Position numbers and translations under genes: made by a program. From the IMG/VR virus record IMGVR_UViG_3300025162_000016, positions 186,001 to 250,000 of that record: 64,000 nucleotides of DNA; one strand, written 5' to 3'. Positions 18,982 to 29,717 of the stretch are shown in pieces. Positions within the stretch are counted from its first letter, which is position 1. Each line of letters starts with the position of its first letter. The notes under the pieces were generated by a model, which did no database searches, had not been told where the DNA came from, and was given only the letters and a program-made list of their open reading frames with translations.

Positions 18982-19757
18982 TGTAACTTGGCTGTAATCA
19001 GTAAATGCCATCCCAAATGTTGCTCTAATGCTTTAAACATATCTGTTCCCATTGCTTGAAACCAAGGTTCCATTACATAGTTGTTTTTCTTATATTCCTC
19101 GACAATGTAAGGGAAAATATGTGTTTGTTTAAATCCAGTTATATGAAACCCTTTTAATAAATTTGTAACGGATTCGTAGTCATATGTAAATGCGAATGGG
19201 CATCCGGATTGTGCTTCAAATTGATCGAATCCTGAATCAATCATTATTTTCTTCCAAGAGTTTTGGGCATAAAGCATGATTTTTAATATGGACTCGGAAC
19301 TCATATATTTTCGAAGTTTAGAGACAATTTTCTCGGGTTCGGGAGAATGATGAATAACCCCAAATGAATAGATCAGGTCATAGGTTTTAAGAGGAAGAAA
19401 ATCACTAAGATGTTCTGCGTTTCCGGTGTAAAAATTTCCTTTTAATCCATATATTTCAAATCGTTTTTTAGTTGCTTCCAATGATACTTCTGAAAGTTCA
19501 ACCGCAGTATAATTAGCTCCTGCTCTTGCAAAGTTTACAGCGGTGGTTCCAAGACCACACCCTATTTCTAATACTTCTTTTCCTTTCCATTCCGGAAAAT
19601 TGCTAAAAGATACGATATGAGGTTCAACGAATAACTTTTTTTGTTCCACTTCGTCAAAATATTCTTTTGTATAAAGCGGCTTTTTAGAATGACCTATATT
19701 ACAAGGTCGTCGGTTCCAAAAAGTCTTAACATCATCTATAGTCATAACTGTTTCCAC
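18978..19757 (-). CDS. class I SAM methyltransferase
   Basis: VLEIGCGLG, YDLIYSFGVIHH. Confidence 0.9.
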   Translation of the reverse strand: METVMTIDDVKTFWNRRPCNIGHSKKPLYTKEYFDEVEQKKLFVEPHIVSFSNFPEWKGKEVLEIGCGLGTTAVNFARAGANYTAVELSEVSLEATKKRFEIYGLKGNFYTGNAEHLSDFLPLKTYDLIYSFGVIHHSPEPEKIVSKLRKYMSSESILKIMLYAQNSWKKIMIDSGFDQFEAQSGCPFAFTYDYESVTNLLKGFHITGFKQTHIFPYIVEEYKKNNYVMEPWFQAMGTDMFKALEQHLGWHLLITAKLQ

Positions 19758-21301
19758 TCGGGCAAAAGTAACTCGTTTATATTAAATCCGTGTTCTGTCA
19801 ATTTGGGTCCGAACCATAAGGATGGCGCATAAACTTGTTTGTCTGTTCTGTTATTTAAGTATGCTCCCCACCATCCAAAAGTGCTGTTGGAAATTATTAT
19901 ATTTTGACATAATGCCATCATATATAGTTCTAAATAATCCCGTTCCACTCCTTGACAAGAATCGAAATCACATGGCACGTCAAACTTGAGGTTTTGACGG
20001 CACCAAGGCATATCGTCAGAGAAAACGACAATTCGAGTAGGTTTAGCCTGATCAACGGCGGAATAAATATATTCCAGAGTCGGAACGGGGTGATATCCTA
20101 TACAACGAGCTTCTAACGCATCCCCACGCCTTACTTGAACCGCAGTGGCGTCTTTTAGCCACCCGAAACGTTCATGTAATTCTTTTTGTATTTCTTTTGT
20201 TGGTCCAAATAAGGATTGAAGGTATTCCCGGTGATGGTCGAAATATTTCCACGATTGAAAATGCCCTCGTAGTTTAATATTGGGTTCAAATGGGATTGGT
20301 TTATAATACATACTCTCCCAGATATATGTTGTGTTTACCGGAGGGTTATTATCTGTAGCGACTCGGATAAATACGTTATTTAAATAGTTGTGAATGTTTC
20401 TTCCTTGATTTGGTAAAATATGCTCACTTGGATTTACTAATAATTGGGCGTTGTTGTCTTTTGCTAATGCAGCAGCGGCAGCAACCTCAAACATTTGATT
20501 TCCGAGACCCCCGGCCAATACAGGATTTACAGTAACCAGTTCGGGATATTTAGGACGGCTACGAACTTCAATTTCTTGGATTTGACCCACATTATTGATT
20601 TTATTTTCAGTATATCCCCTGCTTCCTCCGTTTCCAGCAGAATAGTTCAAAATATATACCGGCTGATCTATTCTGAAAATCTTTTCGGGTGGGCACATTT
20701 CCAAACAGGGATACATTGTCATTAAATCTTCAATCATTATGTATTGATTGGTTTCTTTAGATGTCCAATCTTCTTTCTTTATCTTATTCCATAAAAATCC
20801 CCGATAAGTTCGGAAATGGGAATATCTCCACATATCCCGACGGTAAAGTTTATTTTGTTTTACGTCAGGGGGGGCTTCGGTGTTTTGTGGAAATGGTTCC
20901 GAGAAGGAAGTGTCTGTATCCCATACTGCCATTCCGCCATATGTAATCCAGCAATTGGTTTTATTGTAAACTTCGTTTAGATAATTTATTACCTCATCGT
21001 TTCCTAAGAAGTCATCCCCATCTAATATGCAAACAATGTCATTATCTCGTATAGTTTCATATTCGGATAGACGTTCGAGAAACCATGTTTTCATGTGCCG
21101 CTCGGGAGTTCCAAACAGATGAATACGGCTATCTTTGTCTGCATGTGTTTTAGCTAATTCATATGTTTTATCGGCGGAACCTGCATTGTAATAAACGACG
21201 ATCCAATTGTCGTGAGTTTGGCATATGACAGATTCTAGGTTTTGTTGAACCCATTTTTCATTGTTATAGCTACAAATTAAGATGACAAATCGATTTTCCA
21301 T
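19742..21301 (-). CDS. GT2-GT11 (alpha-1,2-fucosyl/colitosyltransferase-like) fusion
   Basis: GT2 LDGDD; GT11 GGLGNQMF, VRRGD, SNSTFGWWGAYL. Confidence 0.88.
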   Translation of the reverse strand: MENRFVILICSYNNEKWVQQNLESVICQTHDNWIVVYYNAGSADKTYELAKTHADKDSRIHLFGTPERHMKTWFLERLSEYETIRDNDIVCILDGDDFLGNDEVINYLNEVYNKTNCWITYGGMAVWDTDTSFSEPFPQNTEAPPDVKQNKLYRRDMWRYSHFRTYRGFLWNKIKKEDWTSKETNQYIMIEDLMTMYPCLEMCPPEKIFRIDQPVYILNYSAGNGGSRGYTENKINNVGQIQEIEVRSRPKYPELVTVNPVLAGGLGNQMFEVAAAAALAKDNNAQLLVNPSEHILPNQGRNIHNYLNNVFIRVATDNNPPVNTTYIWESMYYKPIPFEPNIKLRGHFQSWKYFDHHREYLQSLFGPTKEIQKELHERFGWLKDATAVQVRRGDALEARCIGYHPVPTLEYIYSAVDQAKPTRIVVFSDDMPWCRQNLKFDVPCDFDSCQGVERDYLELYMMALCQNIIISNSTFGWWGAYLNNRTDKQVYAPSLWFGPKLTEHGFNINELLLPEWKQL

Positions 21302-21308
21302 ACTATGC

Positions 21309-21614
21309 TTATTGCCCCATTGACTTATCGTAAGATGCTTCAGCTTTTGTATAATACGGCAAATTAAATTTGGCTCTGACTGTGGTTTCTATACTATCTC
21401 TCCATTTTATCAAATCCGATGATGAAAGTGTATCGGTTGATACGAATGAATTATATTTTCCCGGCACCCCATTATAATAGTCTGATATTTTAGTATAATC
21501 CAAATCTGCGGTGTGTAATTTTAACATGGCTCCTATTTTTAGGATACCAAGATTCACGACCACCCTTTCGTCTAATAAAAACGGGGATGGCGGTATAATT
21601 AATGCTATTTTCAT
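21309..21614 (-). pseudogene. internally deleted B12-radical SAM remnant
   Basis: B12-domain start MKIALIIPPSPFLLDER..LGIL.I joined directly to a radical-SAM-like C-terminal tail; no CxxxCxxC. Confidence 0.6.
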
Positions 21615-22201
21615 GAATTGTTTATTGGAGTAATTGCGGTATATCGGGTAAACCATGTAATAGAACCAGAAACAAACTGAACATCTTTCACTAAATCCGA
21701 TACTGCTTTGATTACTCCGCTGTGCCTTCCCTTAAAATAATCTTTTTCTATGTATTCGGGGTAATAGTCTGAACCATCGTAATCATGTCCTGCGAGAATA
21801 CCTCCCGGTTTAATTTTAGGAGCCCATGCAATAATATCTTTATAGACGGAAGAATATCGATGATCGGCATCGAGATATACAATATCAAGAGTTTTATCAG
21901 AAACTAAGTCTGCCATTTCCCAGCTTGTTCCATTTAGGAATATAGTTCTCGGATATTGTTTAAGTATATCAATAATGATGTTTTTTACTTTCGATTCAAC
22001 TCCTTCAAATCCCGGTCCACCGGACAAATCGTCTACTAGAATACCCACTCCATTATTGTCATGTACAATAGGTAACCAACTTTTTGCAGTATCTCCAAAT
22101 CCAATACCGATTTCAGCTACAATCATTCCTTCTGATTGGTTATCCTGAACCAGATTAAAAAGTTCCGTTGAGAGTATTGGCTTTTCGGTTTTTTCTTTCA
22201 T
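21611..22201 (-). CDS. SAM methyltransferase (Methyltransf_24-like)
   Basis: AEIGIGFG, VYLDADH.Y, PGGILAGHDY. Confidence 0.88.
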   Translation of the reverse strand: MKEKTEKPILSTELFNLVQDNQSEGMIVAEIGIGFGDTAKSWLPIVHDNNGVGILVDDLSGGPGFEGVESKVKNIIIDILKQYPRTIFLNGTSWEMADLVSDKTLDIVYLDADHRYSSVYKDIIAWAPKIKPGGILAGHDYDGSDYYPEYIEKDYFKGRHSGVIKAVSDLVKDVQFVSGSITWFTRYTAITPINNS

Positions 22202-22275
22202 AATTTATATAAGCTGAAATCCAAGGGGTTTATTTAAGTTATCTTTCCTTTCGTTGTAAATTGTGTTTTCATAAA

Positions 22276-23898
22276 TCATGCGGCGTATATCATTCCCCGC
22301 TCCTCTTGGCGTTCTGGTATTATATTTTTATGGATATCTAAAGTCTCCCCCGAACAAAACGTTCCCTCGACAAAATCGCCGGTTTCATTTTTTCTGTCCG
22401 TATAATAGAATTTAGTATATCCAATATTTTTCAGAACTAAGATGGGTTGATATGACCCTCCTCCGCTCATGTTAATGTTTAAAGTATCCGGTTCATATCC
22501 TACCGCTCCTACTACTTCCCATCCTTCTATTAAAAATTTCAATCGTTGATGTCCGTAAATTCTATGAACGTTCCATACTAATTGATCTTGTCCCATCGGA
22601 ACGGCGAGAAAAAGAAGTCCGTTTGGTTCTAGAATTTTTTTCATTTCTTGCATTGCTCTAATATCTCCATTTGGATTTAGTGGATCACCATACCTCCCTA
22701 ATCCATCGTGTTCAAACGAAGAAATGGAAAACGCTATATCAAATCGGTATCCTGATTTTACTAAATCGGTTAGTAGAATTTCTTTTATTAATGGATGTCC
22801 GTAATTGGGTAAGTTATATTCCACTGTCGTAGGCATTCCCCCATATGCTATTGCCATCGCTTCATACCACGGGCTGGTTGAACCCATGATTGCTACTCGT
22901 TTACCGACAATGGGAATGATATCAAGAGCCTCGTGGAGCCAAACATCGGTTGGTCCATATGTTCCGAAATCGGTCTTTTTCTGTTTGGCACATTCAATGT
23001 AGGCATCGATTTCTTTTAGAGAAAAATCTTTCAATTTAGCGCCTTTAGATTCATCCACATAATTATGAACCAATCTTATAGTTTTCCCCATTAAAAAAGA
23101 AGCTTGCCAGTCGGGCGATAAATCTTCCCATTTCGGTGGAACTAAGTTTTTATGAATCATATTCCAGTCGGAAAGTTGCTCATATAGAATAAACAAATCT
23201 CCATATTCTTTATAGAACAACATTTTAATATGTTTGTTGGCATTTGATTTTCCTATAAATCTATCGGTATTTTCTCCTATTTCGGATTCCGCCAATTTAC
23301 ATAATGTCTGAGCGGTATCTGGGGTTATAACATATGCAGCCGTTCCTCCAATATCTTCGAAGATTTGATCGGAATTCGTGTTTGGTAACGGACGTATTGA
23401 AAAGAAATGCTTATCAAATGGAACTATCTCTGACATCGTGAAATCTTTCATTTTCGTGTTTTGGGGATGTTGAGATAGCAGATAAAGAAAATGATTTCCA
23501 TTCGGAAGATTCAGAAATTCCTCAATAGCTTTTTTGACGGTTTCTACTTTGTTTTCCGGTAAAAGAGCGTCGTCTTCTAATATAAGCATAGGCTCATTCA
23601 ATTCCACGCATTGTTTCCAAAGCATGTAATTGGATAAGAAGTTTGCGGGGAAAGTACCGGCAAATTTGAACTGAACTCCTTTGAATTTAATGATATTATT
23701 GACCAACGTGTAATCATCCGGAGTTATAGCATCGAATAATTGAGTATCGTCAAAACTCTTAGATATAAGAGGAAACAGAACAGTATCTACGTATTCTTTC
23801 CTGCGAATATGTTTGGAATGTTTTGATGAAATACGTTCAACATAAGCCGCATTCGCTGGTGCGGGATTTCTTATTGAGATAATACGGGTATGCATCAT
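22276..23898 (-). CDS. GT25-like plus DUF268-like methyltransferase fusion
   Basis: LILEDDA and GTAAYVITP (GT25); SISSFEHDGLGRYGDPLNP.GD (DUF268-like). Confidence 0.8.
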   Translation of the reverse strand: MMHTRIISIRNPAPANAAYVERISSKHSKHIRRKEYVDTVLFPLISKSFDDTQLFDAITPDDYTLVNNIIKFKGVQFKFAGTFPANFLSNYMLWKQCVELNEPMLILEDDALLPENKVETVKKAIEEFLNLPNGNHFLYLLSQHPQNTKMKDFTMSEIVPFDKHFFSIRPLPNTNSDQIFEDIGGTAAYVITPDTAQTLCKLAESEIGENTDRFIGKSNANKHIKMLFYKEYGDLFILYEQLSDWNMIHKNLVPPKWEDLSPDWQASFLMGKTIRLVHNYVDESKGAKLKDFSLKEIDAYIECAKQKKTDFGTYGPTDVWLHEALDIIPIVGKRVAIMGSTSPWYEAMAIAYGGMPTTVEYNLPNYGHPLIKEILLTDLVKSGYRFDIAFSISSFEHDGLGRYGDPLNPNGDIRAMQEMKKILEPNGLLFLAVPMGQDQLVWNVHRIYGHQRLKFLIEGWEVVGAVGYEPDTLNINMSGGGSYQPILVLKNIGYTKFYYTDRKNETGDFVEGTFCSGETLDIHKNIIPERQEERGMIYAA

Positions 23899-24884
23899 AC
23901 TAATTGAATATCACTATACATCTTATTTTGCCAAATGTCAAGATTATAATATGTTTTATAAAAATGTTTGGCATTGGTTGAGCACCTTTCATAAAAACCA
24001 GTAGGTTCTTTTAAACGTCGTGCTAATTGACGAGCACCGTTGACATCCTCTGCTTCTACCGATAATTCGGGGAAACATTTCCGTTGGGTATCCACTCTAA
24101 TATTACCTATACACGGAATTCCAAAATAAGCGCAATTGAGACTAAAAGTACCTGCGGCTACAGTAGGCATTAGATGAACTGCATATTTGAATGTGGATAA
24201 CATTTTAATCCATTCGACCCATGTCAACCTTGGTATTACATATAAATTAGGAACCTGCTCTTCCCCCGGTTGAGTACAATGTGATGTATGAACATGAATG
24301 GGGCAATCAAATTCATTGGCTACTAAATAACTCTGAAATCCTCCATACCAACGACACATTCCACCGCCTATTATTGCTCTATTTTCAGGAGAGGGTATAA
24401 TTGATTGTATTGAATCTTCTATCATTAACGTTGGTATGGTGGAGACACATTTACCTGGAAACAATCCTTTGTACCAATTAGTGTCATATTCATTATGCGC
24501 AAAAATAATATCGACCTCTGCAATAGTATTATAAAAGTTAAATTGATCCGATATTGACATGTCGTTTACATACGAAGTTGGACCTTCTTGAATAAATGCT
24601 ACTTTTTTATTTTGTTTTTTAATATCTTCTACAAATGACATCGCATAAAGTTGAGAAAATCTATTTGGAATGTTATTCAATTTAATTCCCTCGACATTTA
24701 ATGATACTCCGCCTTTGGGCAGAATAAGCATAACCCAATCATATCCTGAAACTTGAGAATAGTTCATGATATTAAAGTGATCGGCATTAAGGGCAAACAT
24801 CCATGCCATCTCTGCTCGCATATTAGGATGGTTTATTGGGACTTTCCCAGTCCATCCCATTTCAGTTAAAAAACAAATTCGCAT
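23895..24884 (-). CDS. putative GT-B glycosyltransferase
   Basis: AAGTFSLNCAYFGIPCIG resembles GT-B nucleotide-binding helix; cluster context. Confidence 0.6.
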   Translation of the reverse strand: MRICFLTEMGWTGKVPINHPNMRAEMAWMFALNADHFNIMNYSQVSGYDWVMLILPKGGVSLNVEGIKLNNIPNRFSQLYAMSFVEDIKKQNKKVAFIQEGPTSYVNDMSISDQFNFYNTIAEVDIIFAHNEYDTNWYKGLFPGKCVSTIPTLMIEDSIQSIIPSPENRAIIGGGMCRWYGGFQSYLVANEFDCPIHVHTSHCTQPGEEQVPNLYVIPRLTWVEWIKMLSTFKYAVHLMPTVAAGTFSLNCAYFGIPCIGNIRVDTQRKCFPELSVEAEDVNGARQLARRLKEPTGFYERCSTNAKHFYKTYYNLDIWQNKMYSDIQLV

Positions 24885-24886
24885 GT

Positions 24887-25573
24887 TTATTTTGTTTTTT
24901 GCCCGAACACGGTATGTCCACGATTTTCATCAATCGTAAACCATTCATTATATCGAATATTTGTTTTTAATTGAGTTGCCATGGTTTTTTCGTGATATAA
25001 TGCCAAATTAAAATCAAATGGCAATGTGGTAAAGGAAGCGTGCCCTTCTATTTTCTCATGCAGTCGTCGTTCCCAATGAATTCGAGATGGATCGTTTTTA
25101 TAAATGCGTCCTTGAAAATCAGGAGCATTTACTATGGGTCTGTTATCACATTCTGGACATGGAGTAAGTCTCCACCCCCATGTTTTAGCATCTTGAATTG
25201 TTACTCCAATATAATCATTAATTCGGCTAACAAAAATCAATTCAATTGTTGGATTTAACTCAATAATGGATTTGATATTAATAATTAGATTTGGATTTGG
25301 TATCTCATCCCCGTCAATTTGAAATATCCATGGATTTTTACATTGCTCGTTTCCAAAATTTTTATGTTGGGAATAATTACGATCAAGTTTGTGCGGAATT
25401 AATTGTATAGAATCTTTCCATTTATTGAAAATTTCTATTGTATTCGGATTATCAGAGAAATCATCTAATATAATAACTTCATCTTCTATATCTTTATGAG
25501 CAATAACATTGGTTAAACACTTATCTAAAGTATCACTTTCATTGTGTGATGTTATTAAATAACTTATTTTCAT
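24887..25573 (-). CDS. GT2 glycosyltransferase (KdtX/LgtF-like)
   Basis: ISYLITSHNE, DDFSD, QIDGDE, PDFQGR, LHE. Confidence 0.88.
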   Translation of the reverse strand: MKISYLITSHNESDTLDKCLTNVIAHKDIEDEVIILDDFSDNPNTIEIFNKWKDSIQLIPHKLDRNYSQHKNFGNEQCKNPWIFQIDGDEIPNPNLIINIKSIIELNPTIELIFVSRINDYIGVTIQDAKTWGWRLTPCPECDNRPIVNAPDFQGRIYKNDPSRIHWERRLHEKIEGHASFTTLPFDFNLALYHEKTMATQLKTNIRYNEWFTIDENRGHTVFGQKTK

Positions 25574-28148
25574 AATTTTTATTTTCACTTATCGGCATTT
25601 TCGCAATTTCCGCTTGAGTTGGAGGATTTATTGGTGTAGACGCAGTTGGTAATTTTGGGAGATTTAGTTTTTTTAATTTTGGAAGTATAATTTGTTGCGG
25701 TAATACGAATTTAGGAACATATTTTTCCAAAAGCGAGTGAAATGCTTTATCCATTGCCTCAATTGAGAATTTCTCGGCATTTTCAGCACGAAGTAATTCC
25801 GCATTAGGTAATAGCGTATCGTAATTATTAAAAGCTTGTCGCATTTGTTCGGCGGCTTTACCATAATCGACTGTAAACCATTGCGATTCAGCTACAAACC
25901 ATTCATTTACTGCTTCGCCGGAAATCTGTTCTAGTTTACCTTCAAAGAAATTTGCATATTTCGGATTCATGAAATCCAGATGACCACTCCATTTTGGTGC
26001 AATCAATGGTTTTCCGCTTAATGTTGATAATAACATGGGATGACAATTGTGTACTACAAAATTTTCCGTACAGTAACTTTCATCTTCTTCGACTGATAAA
26101 TTATATACCATTCCTTCATATGGTAAGGACTCGATGGTTTTTAGTTTAAATACATGATATGCTACATTATCATATGAAACGGAAAATGATTTGGGAAGTC
26201 CTCCACGGGACAAATATTTATCATTTTGGTATTGAATATTACAAAAACTGTGATTTTTATTTAAAATATCAATAAGTGCGGTATTAGACTTATAATTTGA
26301 AGTTCGAATACGACTAACCGGTGCATTAAATTTATTGTTATCTTTTACATCATGACAAGAGTGTATATTTAATTTTAATAAACACTCTCGTACATCTCTA
26401 ATTAAACTGTCATTTACTAATTGAAGAGATATGTTTTTATTATTTTTTAAACTACCATCTCCCATGAAAATTGATGATATTAAATTTTCAACAAATATTT
26501 TTGATGAATTTTTTAATATCATGGGAATTCTTTTATAAATTGCCCCTGATCCAAATAAAGCCGTTAAGAATTCTCCGATAATTGCGGAATAAAAAATCAG
26601 CTTTAATGAATTTTTAGTTTTGTGAGGTTCGAGGGAGTAAGAATCAATTTCAAAGACAGTTTTGAAACATTCTATTAATTCTTTTGCTATTGTAAGTTCC
26701 TCGTTTTTATTTAAAGAAAATATGATTGCTCCGTTGGAAACGCATCCCTCGGATAGAAAATAACCACATATTTTTGCAAATTCTGGAGATAAAACAATAT
26801 TATTTTTTATTTTCTTTATAGTAGTTTCATTTGAATGAATATAGGTTAAGTTTTCGTCTCGCAATTCAATGTTTGGACACTGTATAAATTCAGATATGTT
26901 TATGGCCGGAGGTGTGGTCCAAGTGTGTTCTTCGGGCAATGCAAGATAATCCGATAGTTTTAATTCCTCTGTTGAAATCCATTGTAAAACATTATTTCTA
27001 TATACATAACATCTATGGTTGGGGGTAAATTGATATGAAATAGAATTGATTCCATTGTAAACCGATATTTTTTTCATTTCTCCACTATAATGTCTAGATA
27101 ATGATGCGGTTACTTTTTTCCATTGTCCCGTATGTGTAAGCACCATATCTTTATTAGTGACATTTTTTATATTTTTTAATCCGGTTTTGGTAACAATTGG
27201 AGTATCTTCTAAAGTACAATAACCCTCTCCATGAGTAAATGAAACGTGAACCTTCACTTTTTTATGATTATAAAGTGAATTCATTTCGATATCACTTAAT
27301 TCGCCATGTAGAAGATAGATGTTTGGCCAGTTGGTAATAGTAGAATTTTCTTTTTTTACCATATCTGTCACTTCTTTTATTTTAGTCAAACACTCATATC
27401 TATCTATGTTAGATAAAGTCGCTCCACTGGTTTTAAGAATAAGTGCAGGGGGATTTTTTACTCCTTTGAATGTCTCAAGGAAAGTTTTCATTAACCATCC
27501 GATAGATTTTCTATCTGAATTCATTGAACCACCCGTCCATTGACCCACGAACAGAAATGCGAAGTTTTCAGTAATCCCAGACATGGCAGTTTCCAATGAA
27601 TCAATCACCGCATTCGTTTTATGATATAAATTGGTGTTCGCTCCCCAAAATAAAACTTCAATGGGGGTCTTTACGATCAATGGTTCAGTTACACCGGTAG
27701 GAAGTTTTTTAGAATATTGTGCTCCTGCGAATACATCTTTACCATGTTGTGACATGACAATATTTAAATCCATTCGGTTAAGACCTTCTAACCATTCTGG
27801 TTTAGGAATGGTAGTTTCAATGGCGGCGGTAATTCCAATATTGTATTTACCAATTTTCATGATTCCTTGCGGAGTCTGTAAAAATTCATTGGGAATAGAT
27901 ACTTGAATAAATAATTCCGGCTGTCGAGTTAATGGTCCTTGAAGTAGTCTACTAAGAAGTTCTTTAGTTAACGGATCCTTGCCTTCCATTTCTAAGTTTC
28001 TCTGTGGGCATTGTCCCCAACGTGTAGGAACAACTCGAACGTCGTATTTATCGTATTTTAATAGACTTTTAGCTAATGCTAACGCCCAATCTCCATACCC
28101 ACTTCTCGTCATTAATGGCGAGGTAATTACACAAACAGGTTTATTCAT
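25539..28148 (-). CDS. GT4-like glycosyltransferase with intein
   Basis: SGYG, FLFVGQW..RKS, HGEGY|CHP. Confidence 0.88.
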   Translation of the reverse strand: MNKPVCVITSPLMTRSGYGDWALALAKSLLKYDKYDVRVVPTRWGQCPQRNLEMEGKDPLTKELLSRLLQGPLTRQPELFIQVSIPNEFLQTPQGIMKIGKYNIGITAAIETTIPKPEWLEGLNRMDLNIVMSQHGKDVFAGAQYSKKLPTGVTEPLIVKTPIEVLFWGANTNLYHKTNAVIDSLETAMSGITENFAFLFVGQWTGGSMNSDRKSIGWLMKTFLETFKGVKNPPALILKTSGATLSNIDRYECLTKIKEVTDMVKKENSTITNWPNIYLLHGELSDIEMNSLYNHKKVKVHVSFTHGEGYCTLEDTPIVTKTGLKNIKNVTNKDMVLTHTGQWKKVTASLSRHYSGEMKKISVYNGINSISYQFTPNHRCYVYRNNVLQWISTEELKLSDYLALPEEHTWTTPPAINISEFIQCPNIELRDENLTYIHSNETTIKKIKNNIVLSPEFAKICGYFLSEGCVSNGAIIFSLNKNEELTIAKELIECFKTVFEIDSYSLEPHKTKNSLKLIFYSAIIGEFLTALFGSGAIYKRIPMILKNSSKIFVENLISSIFMGDGSLKNNKNISLQLVNDSLIRDVRECLLKLNIHSCHDVKDNNKFNAPVSRIRTSNYKSNTALIDILNKNHSFCNIQYQNDKYLSRGGLPKSFSVSYDNVAYHVFKLKTIESLPYEGMVYNLSVEEDESYCTENFVVHNCHPMLLSTLSGKPLIAPKWSGHLDFMNPKYANFFEGKLEQISGEAVNEWFVAESQWFTVDYGKAAEQMRQAFNNYDTLLPNAELLRAENAEKFSIEAMDKAFHSLLEKYVPKFVLPQQIILPKLKKLNLPKLPTASTPINPPTQAEIAKMPISENKNYENKLFNNITQ
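26046..27218 (-). mobile_element. intein with LAGLIDADG homing endonuclease (391 aa)
   Basis: CTLEDT start, FTPNH, GYFLSEG and IFMGDGS motifs, VVHN|C end. Confidence 0.92.
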
Positions 28149-28279
28149 ATTTTTTAATCTAACTTTTATAGTTCCGGTGCCTAATATTTTATAGTTTATT
28201 CAAAACAAATCTAAATATATGTTTTATAATCAAAATTATATGCATCAAACTCTTTCATGTTATTGGTTTTTCTCTTTTT

Positions 28280-28534
28280 TTAATCTTCGTGACACTGACA
28301 ATAACACCGAGTCATTAACATAGATTCAGATGGTTCTATTCCAAAGTTTTCTTTAACATATTTATAAAAAGATTCCATGCATTCATCGCATAGGTTCATT
28401 TTAAGGTTAAGTGTATCAAAATGACTTCCATACCAACATAAGGTGTTTACTCGGGTAAAACATTCCCGATCGGGATGTTTATCACAGAAGAATTTGACTT
28501 CTTCATAAACTCTTTCTGTTATAACTTTTTTCAT
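28280..28534 (-). CDS. Cys-rich hypothetical protein
   Basis: FCDKH...LCDEC. Confidence 0.6.
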   Translation of the reverse strand: MKKVITERVYEEVKFFCDKHPDRECFTRVNTLCWYGSHFDTLNLKMNLCDECMESFYKYVKENFGIEPSESMLMTRCYCQCHED

Positions 28535-29139
28535 ATTTTTTGTAGAACAAAACGAAACTTTCCCGACCTTGTATCCGTATAATAATCGTCCATTTGGGTC
28601 TCGGCATTAATTGTAATAATTTCCTTTCCAGTATTAATATCGAGAATATACATGTAATGAGTTTTTCTGTCTTTAACCTGTTCTCTGAAAAGATATTTCC
28701 AAAAATTGAACCCCTTTTCGGTTTGATTTTCATCTGAGATTATTACAGATTCTCGTTTTAATATATAATCTTCAAAAAAATTTCGTGCTAAACCGTTATC
28801 TCCCTTAAAATTCCATATATGCTTGTTTTCTATTCCTTTAATAGGAGAGGTGATGCGGGTAAAAGAATACTCCATTACAATAAATGGTTTATCTCTCTCC
28901 ATTAAATAATACGTTATATCGTTTCCTTCTATTTTAGAAAATAACCGATATGTAAAACTACCGATTTTATAATTTTCGAGTTCTGTCCCGTTTTTTTCTA
29001 CCCATACCGCATCTCGGGCATTTAAAATTACATCATCACACTGATAATTCCCCCGATAATATTTGTTGGGCAATTCCATTAGGTTATACGTCTCCAATAT
29101 ATATTCTTTATAATCAAAATTATAGGGGTCGAATGTCAT
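28531..29139 (-). CDS. hypothetical protein
   Basis: 202 aa; ISD.NQT.KG..FW motif; ATGA overlaps on both sides. Confidence 0.65.
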   Translation of the reverse strand: MTFDPYNFDYKEYILETYNLMELPNKYYRGNYQCDDVILNARDAVWVEKNGTELENYKIGSFTYRLFSKIEGNDITYYLMERDKPFIVMEYSFTRITSPIKGIENKHIWNFKGDNGLARNFFEDYILKRESVIISDENQTEKGFNFWKYLFREQVKDRKTHYMYILDINTGKEIITINAETQMDDYYTDTRSGKFRFVLQKI

Positions 29140-29717
29140 TGTTGAGATCGTGCTTTAATTTGTTCACTATATGGAATAGAAACATGAACTCCTCCCGTCT
29201 TTAAATAAGTTTGTAAAATACTAGGAGTTGGTTCGGTTTTTTGCGAATCAAACTTAATCTGTTCTTCTGTAAAAATTTCGGTTAAAGGTTTTCCTTTTTT
29301 ATCGGAACTTCCAAATCCACCGGCTCCCCGTTGAGTTTGTGGAAGATCATCCACTAATTCCCATTCCGCTTTATTATAAAACTCAAATATAATTTGGGCT
29401 ATCTTATCTCCAATTTTGATTTCTTTTTCGGTTTTTCCAAAATTGATTAATATAACTCCTATTTCTCCTCTATAATCCTCATCAATAACCCCCCCTAGCA
29501 CATCAATGCCATCTTTATATGCTAGTCCACTTCTGGGTGCAATTCTTCCGTATTGTCCTGCCGGAATGCTAATAGATATTCCCGTCTTAAATAGTTTTCT
29601 ATCCATTGGCATTAAAATATAATCTTCTATAGAATATAAATCATACCCCGCCGAGTGGATACTTCCGCTTATAGGTATAATTGCCGAGTCAATTAGTTTT
29701 TTAATGTATATTTTCAT
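29136..29717 (-). CDS. dut: trimeric dUTPase
   Basis: AGYDL, PRSG, GVIDEDYRG, AQ, RGAGGFGSS. Confidence 0.97.
   Translation of the reverse strand: MKIYIKKLIDSAIIPISGSIHSAGYDLYSIEDYILMPMDRKLFKTGISISIPAGQYGRIAPRSGLAYKDGIDVLGGVIDEDYRGEIGVILINFGKTEKEIKIGDKIAQIIFEFYNKAEWELVDDLPQTQRGAGGFGSSDKKGKPLTEIFTEEQIKFDSQKTEPTPSILQTYLKTGGVHVSIPYSEQIKARSQQ

Noticed and set aside
22200-22420. Possible frameshifted gene remnant in the tail of ORF 22276
   Set aside because: An alternative frame is open for about 35 codons but has no recognisable motif
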